A stretch of 64,000 bases of DNA, taken from the NCBI RefSeq assembly GCF_902459465.1, contig NC_047082.1:8680001-8744000 (forward strand), written 5' to 3'. The position numbers were made by a program, and so were the translations under genes. Positions 24,092-36,400 of the stretch are shown piece after piece; positions within the stretch are counted from its first letter, which is position 1; the number at the start of each line of letters is the position of its first letter. The stretch comes from Asterias rubens (Eukaryota). The notes under the pieces were generated by a model. The model saw nothing but the letters and a program-made list of their open reading frames with translations. It was not told where the DNA came from and did no database searches.

Positions 24092-26966
24092 TAAGTCTGG
24101 TTTAATCACTTAAAAAATAATGAAGATACATCATTATAGAGCCAACAGGAAACATCAATCAAGATATTGTCAGTTCTTTGAAGGTCAAAAAGAGTTTTCA
24201 ATACTTTCTTTCTACTTGCCTCTTCAATCTTATCAGGCCTGTTTTCTGTTAAATTCAAAAGTTATGTCAGTATTATAGTTTCCCATTATGTTTAACGACT
24301 CAAGACTATTAATGATCCTCTGATATTTTAATATCTCATTGACCTTTATAGAAGGTATATACATCATGTAGTTAAAAGTGTAAAATGTTAAGATGTGACT
24401 ATTCGTGTCTGGATATTTGATGTTATATTCTTTATACTTAAAGATGAAAGCCTTCTGAAAAAAATAATATGCAATTTGTAAAAAAAATTATAATAATAGC
24501 ATCCACAGCGCTTGAATGTTATTTTGCCTTTGTAAGACTTTTTGTTACAAAACATCAGGCCACTATTCTTTTGCATTTATTGTGGTTCGGTTGGATGGTA
24601 AGCATTTTGCCACAGCTAATTCTATTTTCTCACTATTTTGTCAAACACGTTACTTGTTATCTTTTTTGTGACAAAAATGAATCATCACACATGCAGATTG
24701 TATTTTAAGTGTGGGTAGAAGCTCTCTGGAATAGACCTTTATCATGGTTCAGCCATCTTGAATTTTTGTTTCAAATTGGTATCAATGTAATCAAACCGAG
24801 GCTGAAAGAACAACATAGTCTGGTTCCTATTCTCAAAATGATTATGCAATTGTTATTCGATACAAGGAACATGACCAAGATGGAGACAGCCTGATTGAGG
24901 TCTATTGACCTTACTCATTTACATAAACATTCAAAAACATAACTTTTGTTACCTTATATTTTATTTTGAAACAGTGATATAAACATAAAATACATCAGTA
25001 TGTACATTTTGTCAAGTCAGGTGTATATTTTAGTAAAAATTTAAGTTGATCTTAGTATATCAAAAGGTAGTTTTATTTTGTTTATCCTTTGTTTTCTTCA
25101 ACTATAGTAGGCATAAACAACTTGTGAAATTTATGAAGTTTTTACAAAATTTGAAAGAATCCTTTACACTCCAGACACTTTCCTTGAAGTCATTTGGGTT
25201 CCCCTGAATGTTATTGCTGATAACTTTGTACTTGGGACACATTAAGTTATGTGATTGTTTAAAGTGTGTGTACTTGTTGTGTCACTTGGGTTTGTATAAT
25301 TGTGTGTCTAATAAAACAGATTTCAAGTTGAATGCTGTGATAAATTTGTGTTACTTTGTACTATGTGTTGCTTTTTTATACGACTGTTTTGTGTTTGATT
25401 GTATTCAGACATGCAATGTTTTAGATAGTCAGCTATTTACCTTTTGTTGGCGTTTATAGAATAGCGCCATAGAAAACTGAAGGGTGAAAAAAAAACATTG
25501 GAAATGTTATCATGGTCGTTTTAGCTTTCACAGTCTAACAAAATAGCATTGTTTTTCGTTTCCGGATAATAATTCAAACATAGGGCGCTTGGAGTTACAA
25601 CAAAGAGTTCAAAGTTTAGACCTAGACAAAAGGCTAAGTGCATTCATTTTAAACTTACTATATAGTTAAATAGTACTTGAAAGCAGATAACAATGTTTTT
25701 GTAGTTTCCATTTAATAACACACATTCCTGAGAGGTCATACAAAAAGAAAAATTACCTCCCGAGATTTTAGTCGTACAAATTCTATATTTTGCGTTACTT
25801 TTATACAAAGTAGGCTAGTCTTATGTTCAGGCCTGTAATGATTCGTTGTTGACGGAAGGTCAAGCACCAAGTCATTTTCTCTTCGGTAAAGGGCACCCTA
25901 TGAGGAATTTGTACTAGAACATTTCATGGGCACCAAGGCGATGACCAGGGGGCATCGAGGCATTTACCTTTATTGTCTACGTGATGTATGAAAGATAAAC
26001 ATTGGACAAGAATAATTTTAGATTGCATTATATCTTTACATCTTCCCAAAATAATCAATCAAGTTGGCAAACTCGTTACTTGTGTCTGTATTTTTTTTTT
26101 TTTTTTTTTTTAACGAAATCGTGGCGCAGAAGTATTTTCAATCAACATTTTTGAGACTGCATCTGCTCGGAGGTTTTTATGAAATTAGCCCCGTAAGACT
26201 TCACGATCGAATGGCGCCTCTTCCTGTCATTAGGAATTCATAACCTCGGTGTAGCAAGTTCACATGTAATGATGATCAATCGAAAAAGGGAAGTTCTGGA
26301 AATCAATTCAGTTTTAAAGGCACTGGCCACGGTTTGGTTAATAATGATATTATCAAAAAACAGTTGGTGTTCCAACATAGTACGCATTAAAACGATGAAC
26401 ATTAATTTTGCTATATTGGTCATCGAAGTTGCAAGTGAATAACGAAAGATAAACACATAATGTTGCAAAAATTGTGTTTGCTTTCCCCCCAATTATAAGA
26501 AGCGTTCGTTACCGCGGTAACGCTTCTCAGATTGTACTTTTTGGTACCACCGTGCCTCCTGCGGTGGACAATAATTTATTATTCGCTCTGGATTTTTCGG
26601 CGATTTCCCAAAAATGAAATGATTTTTTTTCTTCACATTTTAATATTTTTATTGTATACAACTAGAGTTATTTAGGATATTATTATAACGATCGAACGGT
26701 TTCAAAAACCAAGGGTATAGTTTGGCTCCAACCCCTCCTCTATGTTGAATAGTGTCGACAATCATCCGTGTACGATCTTCGCAGCGCTGGGAACTATTTC
26801 CGGGAAATTGTATCACTTTACCAGTTTACAGAATCGCTCTCGATTAATACTCCCATAGGCCCATATGTCTTACGGTTGCGTGATGCATTGTCAAAATTAA
26901 CCATTGGCGCCTTTATGGAGTCAGACGGTGGCAGAGTGCTCAGCAGCTGGAGATACGGGGGCGCGA

Positions 26967-27107
26967 AGGCCGTGTCCGAAACGGCGACTTCGGCTACAGC
27001 TACGGCTAGATCGCGCGCGTCTGCCTATTCTTCAACACTCAATCTGGTAGACGCGCTGATCTATACGTAGCCGGCTGTAGCCGAAGTCGTCGTTTCGGAC
27101 ACGGCCT
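26967..27107. mobile_element. 141-bp hairpin MITE upstream of ACSS2
   Basis: AGGCCGTGTCCGAAACGGCGACTTCGGCTACAGC / GCTGTAGCCGAAGTCGTCGTTTCGGACACGGCCT inverted arms. Confidence 0.75.
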
Positions 27108-27199
27108 AATTAGAGATTGCAGCAGTCACCATGATGGATGGATGGATGGATGTCTGTTTGGCAAATATTATTTGAAAAGCACTTCGACAGAACCAAAAA

Positions 27200-27380
27200 T
27201 TGCCTGGGGGGTGGGGCGGGGGGCGGTGCGGTACTTTGACAATCCCTGGCCAATAAAAAAAACCGCACATGCCACACCCATCTATCTACCAGCACCTTGG
27301 TGGTAGCCCGCCCCCTTGAGTCCTTCTGAAAATCCAACCTCAAATTTTAGTTTACCACGCGCCGTTAGGACCAATGAACC
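27200..27380 (+). promoter_or_regulatory. ACSS2 proximal promoter (GC boxes, CCAAT boxes)
   Basis: GGGGCGGGGGGCGG at ~27212, CCAAT at ~27250 and ~27371, immediately upstream of exon 1. Confidence 0.5.
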
Positions 27381-27451
27381 AACACAATGCAGTACGACCA
27401 TGGTCCGCAACAGCAGTAGGAAAAGAAACCCAAATACAATCCTCCAACAAC

Positions 27452-30400
27452 ATGGCGTCGAATGGGAAAGGCGATTCAATGGAAACTTCTGCAAAGCTTT
27501 TTTACCCCAACCCTGACATTCAAAATGGGGCCCATGTTCGCTCCATGGAACAATACCGTGAGATGCACAAGCAATCCATCGAACAACCTGACGTATTTTG
27601 GGGCGAGATAGCCGAGCAATTTCACTTCGAGAAGCCGCCGACCGAGGGGAAGTTTTTGGAGTACAACTTCAACGTCAAAAACGGGCCGGTGTTTATCAAA
27701 TGGATGCAGGGCGCCACCACTAATGTTTGCTATAATGTTTTGGACAGACATGTTAAAGATGGCAAGGGTAACAAGATTGCTTTTTATTGGTAGGTATACA
27801 GGTATAACCTGCTGACATTCTGCATCCGATATCCGCACCTCTTTGAGGATCTCCCTTCATTGATTTAGGTTGGGTCAAATCATGGAGGTAGGATTCTACC
27901 TCCATGGTCAAATTAATTACATACCCAGCAGAATGTAAAATTGGGCTGGGCTGGGGGGGGGGGGGGGGGGGAGGCGTTAAAATTCATTCAGCTGTCACAT
28001 CATCATCATCATCATGATTCATGGGCAATCAATCAATCTTAAAGAATGTCCCTACTGACAGTGACACCTCTCATACTCTACTACCTAGCTAGGGATAGGA
28101 CTATTATTATTATGAAATTTGTTGGAGACTTACTATCCTGACGATAGCTGGACCATCCATAAGGTTTATCGCGAATAGCAAAATATCAAGAGAGGGCGCT
28201 GTTGAACCCACACAAAGGTATAGGCGTTGCGTGCGCGAGTTGTAGAAACTGCATAGAAACCGCCCCATATTCCTTCCCACAATGCATTGCATTTCTGAAT
28301 CGCGATAAACCTTATTTTTTATTGGAGGATGCGAACCTCAGTCAGCATATTTAGTTCTAGAATCTAGGTATAGGACAACTGTATGTTTGATGTGACCTAC
28401 AACAAAAATGAAATCTAATTTTTGTATGAATTTTTCATTATTTACAAGTAACATCATTTCATTTTTTCGTAACATTCTGACGCCACAAACGAGTCAAAAT
28501 TTGTTTTAAAAAAATGCACTACCCTCTGTGTTAGTTCATACATGTATTAAAATTGGCCGTGAGCCAAATCACTTTGATAACAATGCATGAAGCAATAACT
28601 ATTGTGTGGCAAAGATGGTTATTTCCAGTATGTAAAAACACACTCATGGCCATGGGGTGCAGTCATTTTACAGTAGAAGTAACCTGTATCAGTTCTACTA
28701 TGGAGGTAGAAATAGAAGGAGTTGGAACGAAGCAGGGATCAAAGGTTCAATGTCTAGTGCCGCAGTCGTAAAATCAGCGGGAGTAAACATCAGCCACTAA
28801 TCCCATTAGCGCCTCTGGCCGGTCGCGCCCCGGCCGGGCCCAAACACTCACCTCCATGGTTCTACAAAGCACAACAAATTCAGATCTCAGTGGCCCAATT
28901 TCATTGAGCTGCTCAGGCAGAAAATATTGCTTAACAACTTTCTGCTAAGCAGAAATGAGCAGGACACCAGTCACAAATTCTACTTGTGGCACATGGTTTG
29001 GCTGGTGACCTTATTCTTGTAAGCTAAGGCAGACCTTTTTGCAGCAGCTGTTTGAAACTTGGCCCTAGTGTGATTATGAATTCAATAGACCTAAAGTGCT
29101 GCAGAAAACCCATTCAGAATTCATTCAACTATAACAATGGGGAACACAAGCAAAATTAAATTCCGAACAGGAACGGGGGGCCATGTATACACTAAGGAGG
29201 CTGTATGAAGTGTCGTGGTCGATCGGCTTGGTTACATTTCTGGGTTACAATTTGTATTTCATTTATTTATTTATTTTCTTATTTAGATACGACTCTTTTT
29301 TTATTTTATTTTTATTTATTTATTTATTTATCAATTTAATGCCAGTCCTACCATGGAGGAAATTCACTATGCATACATTATTACTTTTAATACATACGAT
29401 GTTGATGAAATTTGTCCTTTCTTTTTCTTCCTATGGGGCAGGGGGGGGGGGGGGGTTCCATTCTATTGTACCATCTCTCAAACTTAATTTGAAAAAACTT
29501 TTTCTGAATCAACTATTTTATTTTTTTTAACTTTTTGGATTAGGCAAGGGAACGACCCAAATGACACAGCAAAGATCACCTATGGACAACTTCTTAAAGA
29601 AGTCTGTAAATTCTCCAATGTTCTCAAGGATATGGGTAAGTAATCACTCATTTTGAGTTTTCCCCCATAAATTTCGTTTTTTAAAAAAACACACGTGTGA
29701 GTTTTAAAAACTGAAATTACATTTCCTTATAATAATGTGACACTTTTAGGACACTTGGGGGCAGCAGACTGCAGCCTTTCCATTGTTCCCACTTTTCTAA
29801 GAACAATGGGCGCTGCACTAATAAGATCCCAATAGCAACCAAAAGGTACTGGACACCATTATTTCAAATGGTAATCACTCAAAATAATTGTTAAAGCATA
29901 AAAACTTACTTGGTAAAAAGCCATGGAGAGCTGTTGATAGCATAAAACATTGTGAGTAACGGCTCCCTCTGAAGTAACATAGTTTTTGAAAGATAGGTAA
30001 TTTACTACTCAAATAATAAAAGACCTCAAGCCTGAATTTTATAAGGCAACAAACAAACCAACAAACAAATTTGTGTTATTTCTTTCATTATTCTCTTGCA
30101 ACTTCGATGAGGAAAAGGAGTCCCAAGTTTTTAGAGATTTTTTATTATATATGCTGGGATACACCAAATGAGAAGACTTGTCTTTGATATTTTTACGAAA
30201 CTTGTCCAGTGCATTAAAAGTCCTTCATGACTTTTTATCTATATGAAAAATGACATCGACATTCTCATTTCTTCTTTCCATATTCAGGTGCAAAGAAAGG
30301 AGATCGAGTCGCCATCTACATGCCGATGATCTTTGAACTTGTTGTGGCCATGCTGGCTTGTGCACGACTTGGAGTCATCCATTCAATAGTGGTTTGTGTT

Positions 30401-33400
30401 TGATTTATTTATTGTACTTAATAACATAGCTTTTTAAAACTATCTTAAAATTGGAAATATGGATATTTGATGGTAGTTCATGAGACCTGAAACTTCATAG
30501 AGCATGTAGAGGCAATTAAAATTTGCCTCCATGCCCCTTGTAGAGTTGGAGAAAAAGTTGTGCATTCATAATAGGCCTCACTCCGTCCCAGTGCCAAACT
30601 TTTAAAGCAAATGGCTTAGAGAACAAACTGTTTATTTTTTTCTTCTGTTGCATGGGATGATACCGTCCTTCAATATTGTTGTTACATGTGGTACTCAAAA
30701 TGAAACAAGGGATGCCTCGCAATTGAACTTAATCATTGTAGCTCGCAAGCCTGTGATCAAGGGTGCTTGCTACTTGTATGTGAACCAGAAACACAGCGAC
30801 TCTTTCAGGATAAGTGTTCTGGGTTCTTTTACATGTCTCTACCAATCCTGTAACACAGAACCTATGGCTAATAAGCAATTATGGTAATCTTGCTCAAGTC
30901 TCATGACCGGGACTCGAACCCACACGCTGTTGATCAGAAACAAATGGGGTGCGTTTTTGTGGTCACTGATTAGTGTTTAACCAATGGCCAAGTCAACCAA
31001 ACAGTTATTGGTTACGACCGCCTAAACGCACCCCAGAGCTTGAGTCAGGTGCTCTTAACCGCTCGGTCAGGACACGCCAATAAATCCCCTTTTGTTTTTT
31101 TGTTTCATAGTTTGGTGGTTTTTCAGCGGACTCTCTCTCCGGTCGAATGATAGACGCTCAATCTACTCTTCTTATCACAGCAGGTGAGTAAAAACTTCAA
31201 AAGTTTTCTCATTTTTATAATTTTTTCATAAAAATGATATGATACCCATGCCTACATCCTTATACGGGTGGTGAAGGGGGTATTAACAGTGCCAACTCTC
31301 CTTGATTCCACAGGACCTGAAAACAAACCAATCTTTCAATATTCTAGCGAACAAATTTGAGAGTAAGTCTCCTCAATTATGGAAACTTTTTCTGTATTAT
31401 GTTGAATGTAATTTTCTGCATACAATATATTCCTGAACTTTGTACAAAATCTCCCTTTATCAAAATGCAAATAATGGCAGCTCTAGGGTTTAGTCCATTA
31501 TTGGAGTAAAAAATCTGAGAAAAGGATTTTATCCAGAACTGTTTCTGAGACTTGCATTTCTCTAAACCACGTTCCGTAAAACTTTAAAAGGAAATGAGGA
31601 TGTTATCGTTATCATTAGCTGCAGTGCTTCTTTACATTTAGTTTTCACGGTCGTCAATCTTTTTACGAGTAATTACCAGCTCTGTGCTATGGGGTGATAA
31701 TTTTTCTCTGTGGGCGTTCGTTGTTTACACATCGCTATGGCAACTAAGCCGAGCAGAATGAAACATTAATGTTAGCGGTATTACAATGGTACATGAGTGC
31801 CTGTACAATGGCCTTTTTAAATAATGCTGTTATCTGTCTTTCTTTGGCCTTGATCGACATGTGTAGCCAGGACAAAAGGTTTGCAGTAGTCCACACCCCC
31901 TGTAAATGATAAGGAATGACAATAACTTCGGTTAAAAAAAAGCAAACAATAACGGCTTTTTCATTCACTTTGTGATACAAAATTGCAAAATGAAATGCTT
32001 GTTCAATATATTTTGGCATTTTACATGTGTAATTTGTTTTCATTTTATTTATTTTTGTTTTATTTCACCACTGTTAGCATGTTTTGTGGGGGGCTTGTTT
32101 ATCCGAGCTAAATATTTCGTTGTTTTTAAATAACCAGAAATAATAGTTAGGGTAAAAATAATAAACAAGATGGCAATTGTAAGGCTTTAAAAAAAAAGTC
32201 CAAGGTACCGGTCCTAAAGAAATTGAAGTATACTGAAAAATATTCTCATACCAGGCCCTGAAAAAACCCACGGCACCCTCTGCATTTGCTGTGGTGCTCT
32301 CTGCAAAGTTTCAACACAAACTTACATTTTCCTGCCTCTAGCTACCGGGAAATCTCGGTAGTCTAGTTGGTAAGACACTGCTCTGGAATTGCAAGGGTCA
32401 TGGGTTCGAATCCCACCCGAGTAAATATGCCTGTGATATTTTTTTAACAGGACTCGGGGAAAGTACTGAGTATACAGTGCTAACACACACCAGTGTATAG
32501 GTAAAAACAAAAAATTTGATTACATTTTCCTCTGAGAAGTGCCCCTTGTTAGAGGAAAATTGCTGTGTCCCTCCAAGAGTGAAGTTCAGGCGAACCCCTT
32601 CCCCGTCGAAAAACCCCGTCGAAAAACCCCTGCTTCCTCCTGTTAACTACTTTAAAGACACTGTACACTATTGGTAATGCCCCTTATTTTTGACCGCGCG
32701 AGGGCGCTATAAATAGTATTTTGATCACTTCCGGGGGTACACGCGATTCGCCCTGCACAAATTAATAGGCGTTCTGTCACTTTTGTTGCGCCGTAGTTTC
32801 AATTTGCTTTAGAGGTGGATTATAACCGCTCCTTTAAAAGTTTTATTGTCTGTGATGGATTAGATGTCTGTGGTTATAATGTGTTCCAATCTTTAAAAAC
32901 TGTTTTGCGTATGAATGAATATACCCCCGGAAGTGATTGAGAGCGCCCTCACGCGGTCAAAAATATGGCCCATTGTCAAAGACCAGTCTTCTCACTTGGT
33001 GTATCTCAACATAATTAATAACAAACCTTTGAAAGTTTGAGCTCAATTGGTCTTCGAGGTTGCGAGATAACTGTGAAAAAGACAAAAACCCTTGTCAGAC
33101 GAAGTTGTGTGCCTTCAGATGCTTGATTTCGAGACCTCAAGTTCTGAATCTGAGGTCTCGAATTCAAATTCATGGAGAATTACTTATTTCTCGAAAACTA
33201 CGTCACTTCATAGGGAGCCGTTTCTTACGATGTTTTATACTATCAACCTCACCCCATTACTCGTTACCAAGTGAGGTTTTATGATGAACATTGTTTTGAG
33301 TAATTACCAAAGGTGTCCACTGCTTTTAAACTACAAATAAATATACAGCGATGGTTATTTCACAGACGGGGTCTATCGAGGAACCAAGCTTGTTGATCTG

Positions 33401-36400
33401 AAACAGATAGCAGACGACGCAATCGACCTCTGCAAAAAACAGTAAGTAGTTTATGAGATAATTATTCAGCTGATTAGAATATTCATTATTCAGTATTTCA
33501 CATGTTGGATGATTTAGTTGGCTGGTGCACAAACCTAAAATGGATTTCTAATTAATTATTCAGACAACCGGTTAAATATTCATGAGAAGTTTGTGGTCAA
33601 GGCGCCTGGGAATAAATAATTTGAACCTTTTGAATAAACATGAAGTAGTATGAATGTTAAAGGAACATGTTGCCTTGGATGGGACGAGATGGTCTATACA
33701 AAGCGTTTGTAACCATGGTAACCATTTGTTATAAAATGCATATGATTGGAAAGATGTTTTAAAAGTAAAATAGAATGATCCACACAAATTTGCCTCGAAA
33801 TTACGTGGTTTTCCTTTTACATTGCGAACTAACATGGTCGGCCATTTATGGGAGTCAAAAATTTGACTCCCATAAATTGCCCGACAATGTTAGTCGACGA
33901 GGTTAAAGGAAAACCGTGCTATTTCGAGGCATGTTTGTGTGGATCATTGTATTCTAGTTTTACAACATCTTTTCAACCATATGCATTTAATAACAAACGG
34001 TTACAAACGCTTTCAAAGACCAACTCGACCGATCCAAGGCAACGTGTTCCTTTAATAAGTGTATGAGGAATGAAGTATCAGGCGTGATACTTCTTTGAGG
34101 CGACGAAGGCGATTGCCTCCATGCCCCCTGGTCATTGTCTTGGTGTCCTTGAAATACGGCAGTAAGGTGCCGCCGTGGTGCCCTTGCCCTTTTATCAACA
34201 AAGCATAAAGGCTTGAAGTATCAGGATTTTATCTTGCAGAAAAAATTTCCTATTTGGATATAAAGGAATGACAGAAAATGTCAAAATTTCAGAAAAGGAA
34301 TACAGCGCCCCAGTTACTGGGTCTACTTAAGACCTTTGAACGTTAAGGTTATGTAGCAAATTTTGTTTGTACAACAAGTCAATAATGCAAGCTTGTTTTA
34401 TGTATCTATTGATATGGACTCTTTTTATTATAAATAAAACAACTAAATTGTTGTGTTTGTTCTTGTTTTTATTTTTATTCTTATTTATTTACTTGTTTTT
34501 TGGGGAGGGGCCTTGACATGTAAGCAGTTTTTTTTTGGTTCGTGGAAATTAAAAACCACTGAGGCTGAACTAAAAGCATGTTTTTATGTCCAAAAATGAT
34601 TAAGTCTAAATTCTCTTTCAGGTTGAAGTGTGATTAAGCTTTAACAACCCAAAGCCAATTTTCCAATATATTGCAGGCAATGCAGCGTTAAATGAGACAT
34701 GCCTTTCCTGTAATGTTGATGACAAAGTGTAATTATACCTGTGTAGTCTGGCTGGAAGAAATGTCTGAACAGGGCAATATTTTGACAAGTTTGTTAATTT
34801 ATTGGCGAGTCATGGCTGAACGGTCAAGGGCATCGTAGCTCAGGTGTTTTGGGTCAGCTGATTGTGGGTTCATGCCGCATAACAGTTAAAGGAACATTAC
34901 AGAATTGGTTTTGCAAACAAAATAGTTGCTGGCAGTGTAAGCAACCATAGTTGTAATCCACCATATACATAAACTGACAAACCTGTAGAAGTTTGAAAGC
35001 CATCGACGATCTGGGTCAAAAGAAAATAGTGAAAAAAAAAACGATTTAAATGCATTTTGCTTGACATTGATGCAAAACAGAAATGAATAAAACGCTCACT
35101 GAAGGTGAGCGATAAACCCCAAACGCGAATCAAATTTGACATTTCAGACAGAAATGTTTCAAATGATGTTTTAAACTCCCATCATCTTTAGACCGTGTAA
35201 GTTTTGTGTACACCTGTGATCTTCTTGTTTTTTTGTTTCTTACCAATTCTGTAAAGTTCCTTTAAGACGAAGTACACTGGTAGTAAAAAAAGGCAAAATA
35301 TATATCAAAGCCTTATGCCAAACAAACAAAAAAAAACAGTTGTTTGCCCCTTCCTCATCCTGAGGTGCAAATGGTGATGAAATTATTACCCGCCTTTGAA
35401 ACAGGCTTGAAGAAATAATGCAACAATTGATCATCTTCGTTTATTTAGTTTATTTACATTATTGTTTATCTTTGGGCATTTCCAACAACTTTATAAGACA
35501 AAATTTGTATACAATTAAAAGGTCTGCTGATAACACAAAATTGAACTCAATATGTTGTAAAGTTAAAACCATCCTCCAGACAATCAAAATTATATCCAAA
35601 TATTACCAGACAAAGATTGTGCACATTAATCTTTAATAAGGTGCAGTGAGCCAATTGCAGAGGTTTTAAAGGTCAACTTTTAAAAATCCACTTAATTTTA
35701 ATATTTTTGCAATTAATAAGCATATAAAGCCACTGGACACCTTATGTAGACCAGTCTTCTCACTTAGTGTATCACACTTAATATGCATAAAATAAAAAAC
35801 CTGTGAAAATTTGAACTCAACTGGTTGTCAAAGTTTTTAGAGAATTGTGGAGGAAAAAAACAACGTTGTTGTGCAAGTTGTGTGCTTTCAGATATATGCC
35901 TGATAAAAGGCTTCAAGTATTTTGAGAAATTACCTCCTTCTCTTATAAAAATATGATGCTTCAGATGAGGGAGTAGTTTTCTACAATGTTTTGTACTATA
36001 AACAGCTCTCCATTGCTCATTAACAAGTAACTTTTTATGTTAACATGTATTTTCAATTTATTACCAATATAAAGTTCAGAGCCTTTTGTATGTATACAAT
36101 ATAAAGTAATAAATTAAAAGTAAAGTTTTTTTGGGCATCCTATTAAAGCTGTACATTAATAAATGCTGCCTTTGTGCCCCGACGTTTGACAGGTTTACAA
36201 TCCATTTCTTGCGATGTTTGATTCGCTGTAGCAGGGGCAATGGTAGCCTTACAACACGGGAAGTAAGGGTTCAACAACCGCTTTGTGGCAGAACGAAACG
36301 AGTGGTTGAAAAAACAATATATGAACACATTGAAGAAGCTGTTGCATATCGCGAAACCCTTTGTGATGAAAATGAGCCAGTTCTTCAATTGTTTCTGGTT

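Noticed and set aside
27374-27451. 26-aa N-terminal extension of ACSS2
   Set aside because: The ATG overlaps a CCAAT box and is probably upstream of the TSS; not supportable without 5' RACE.
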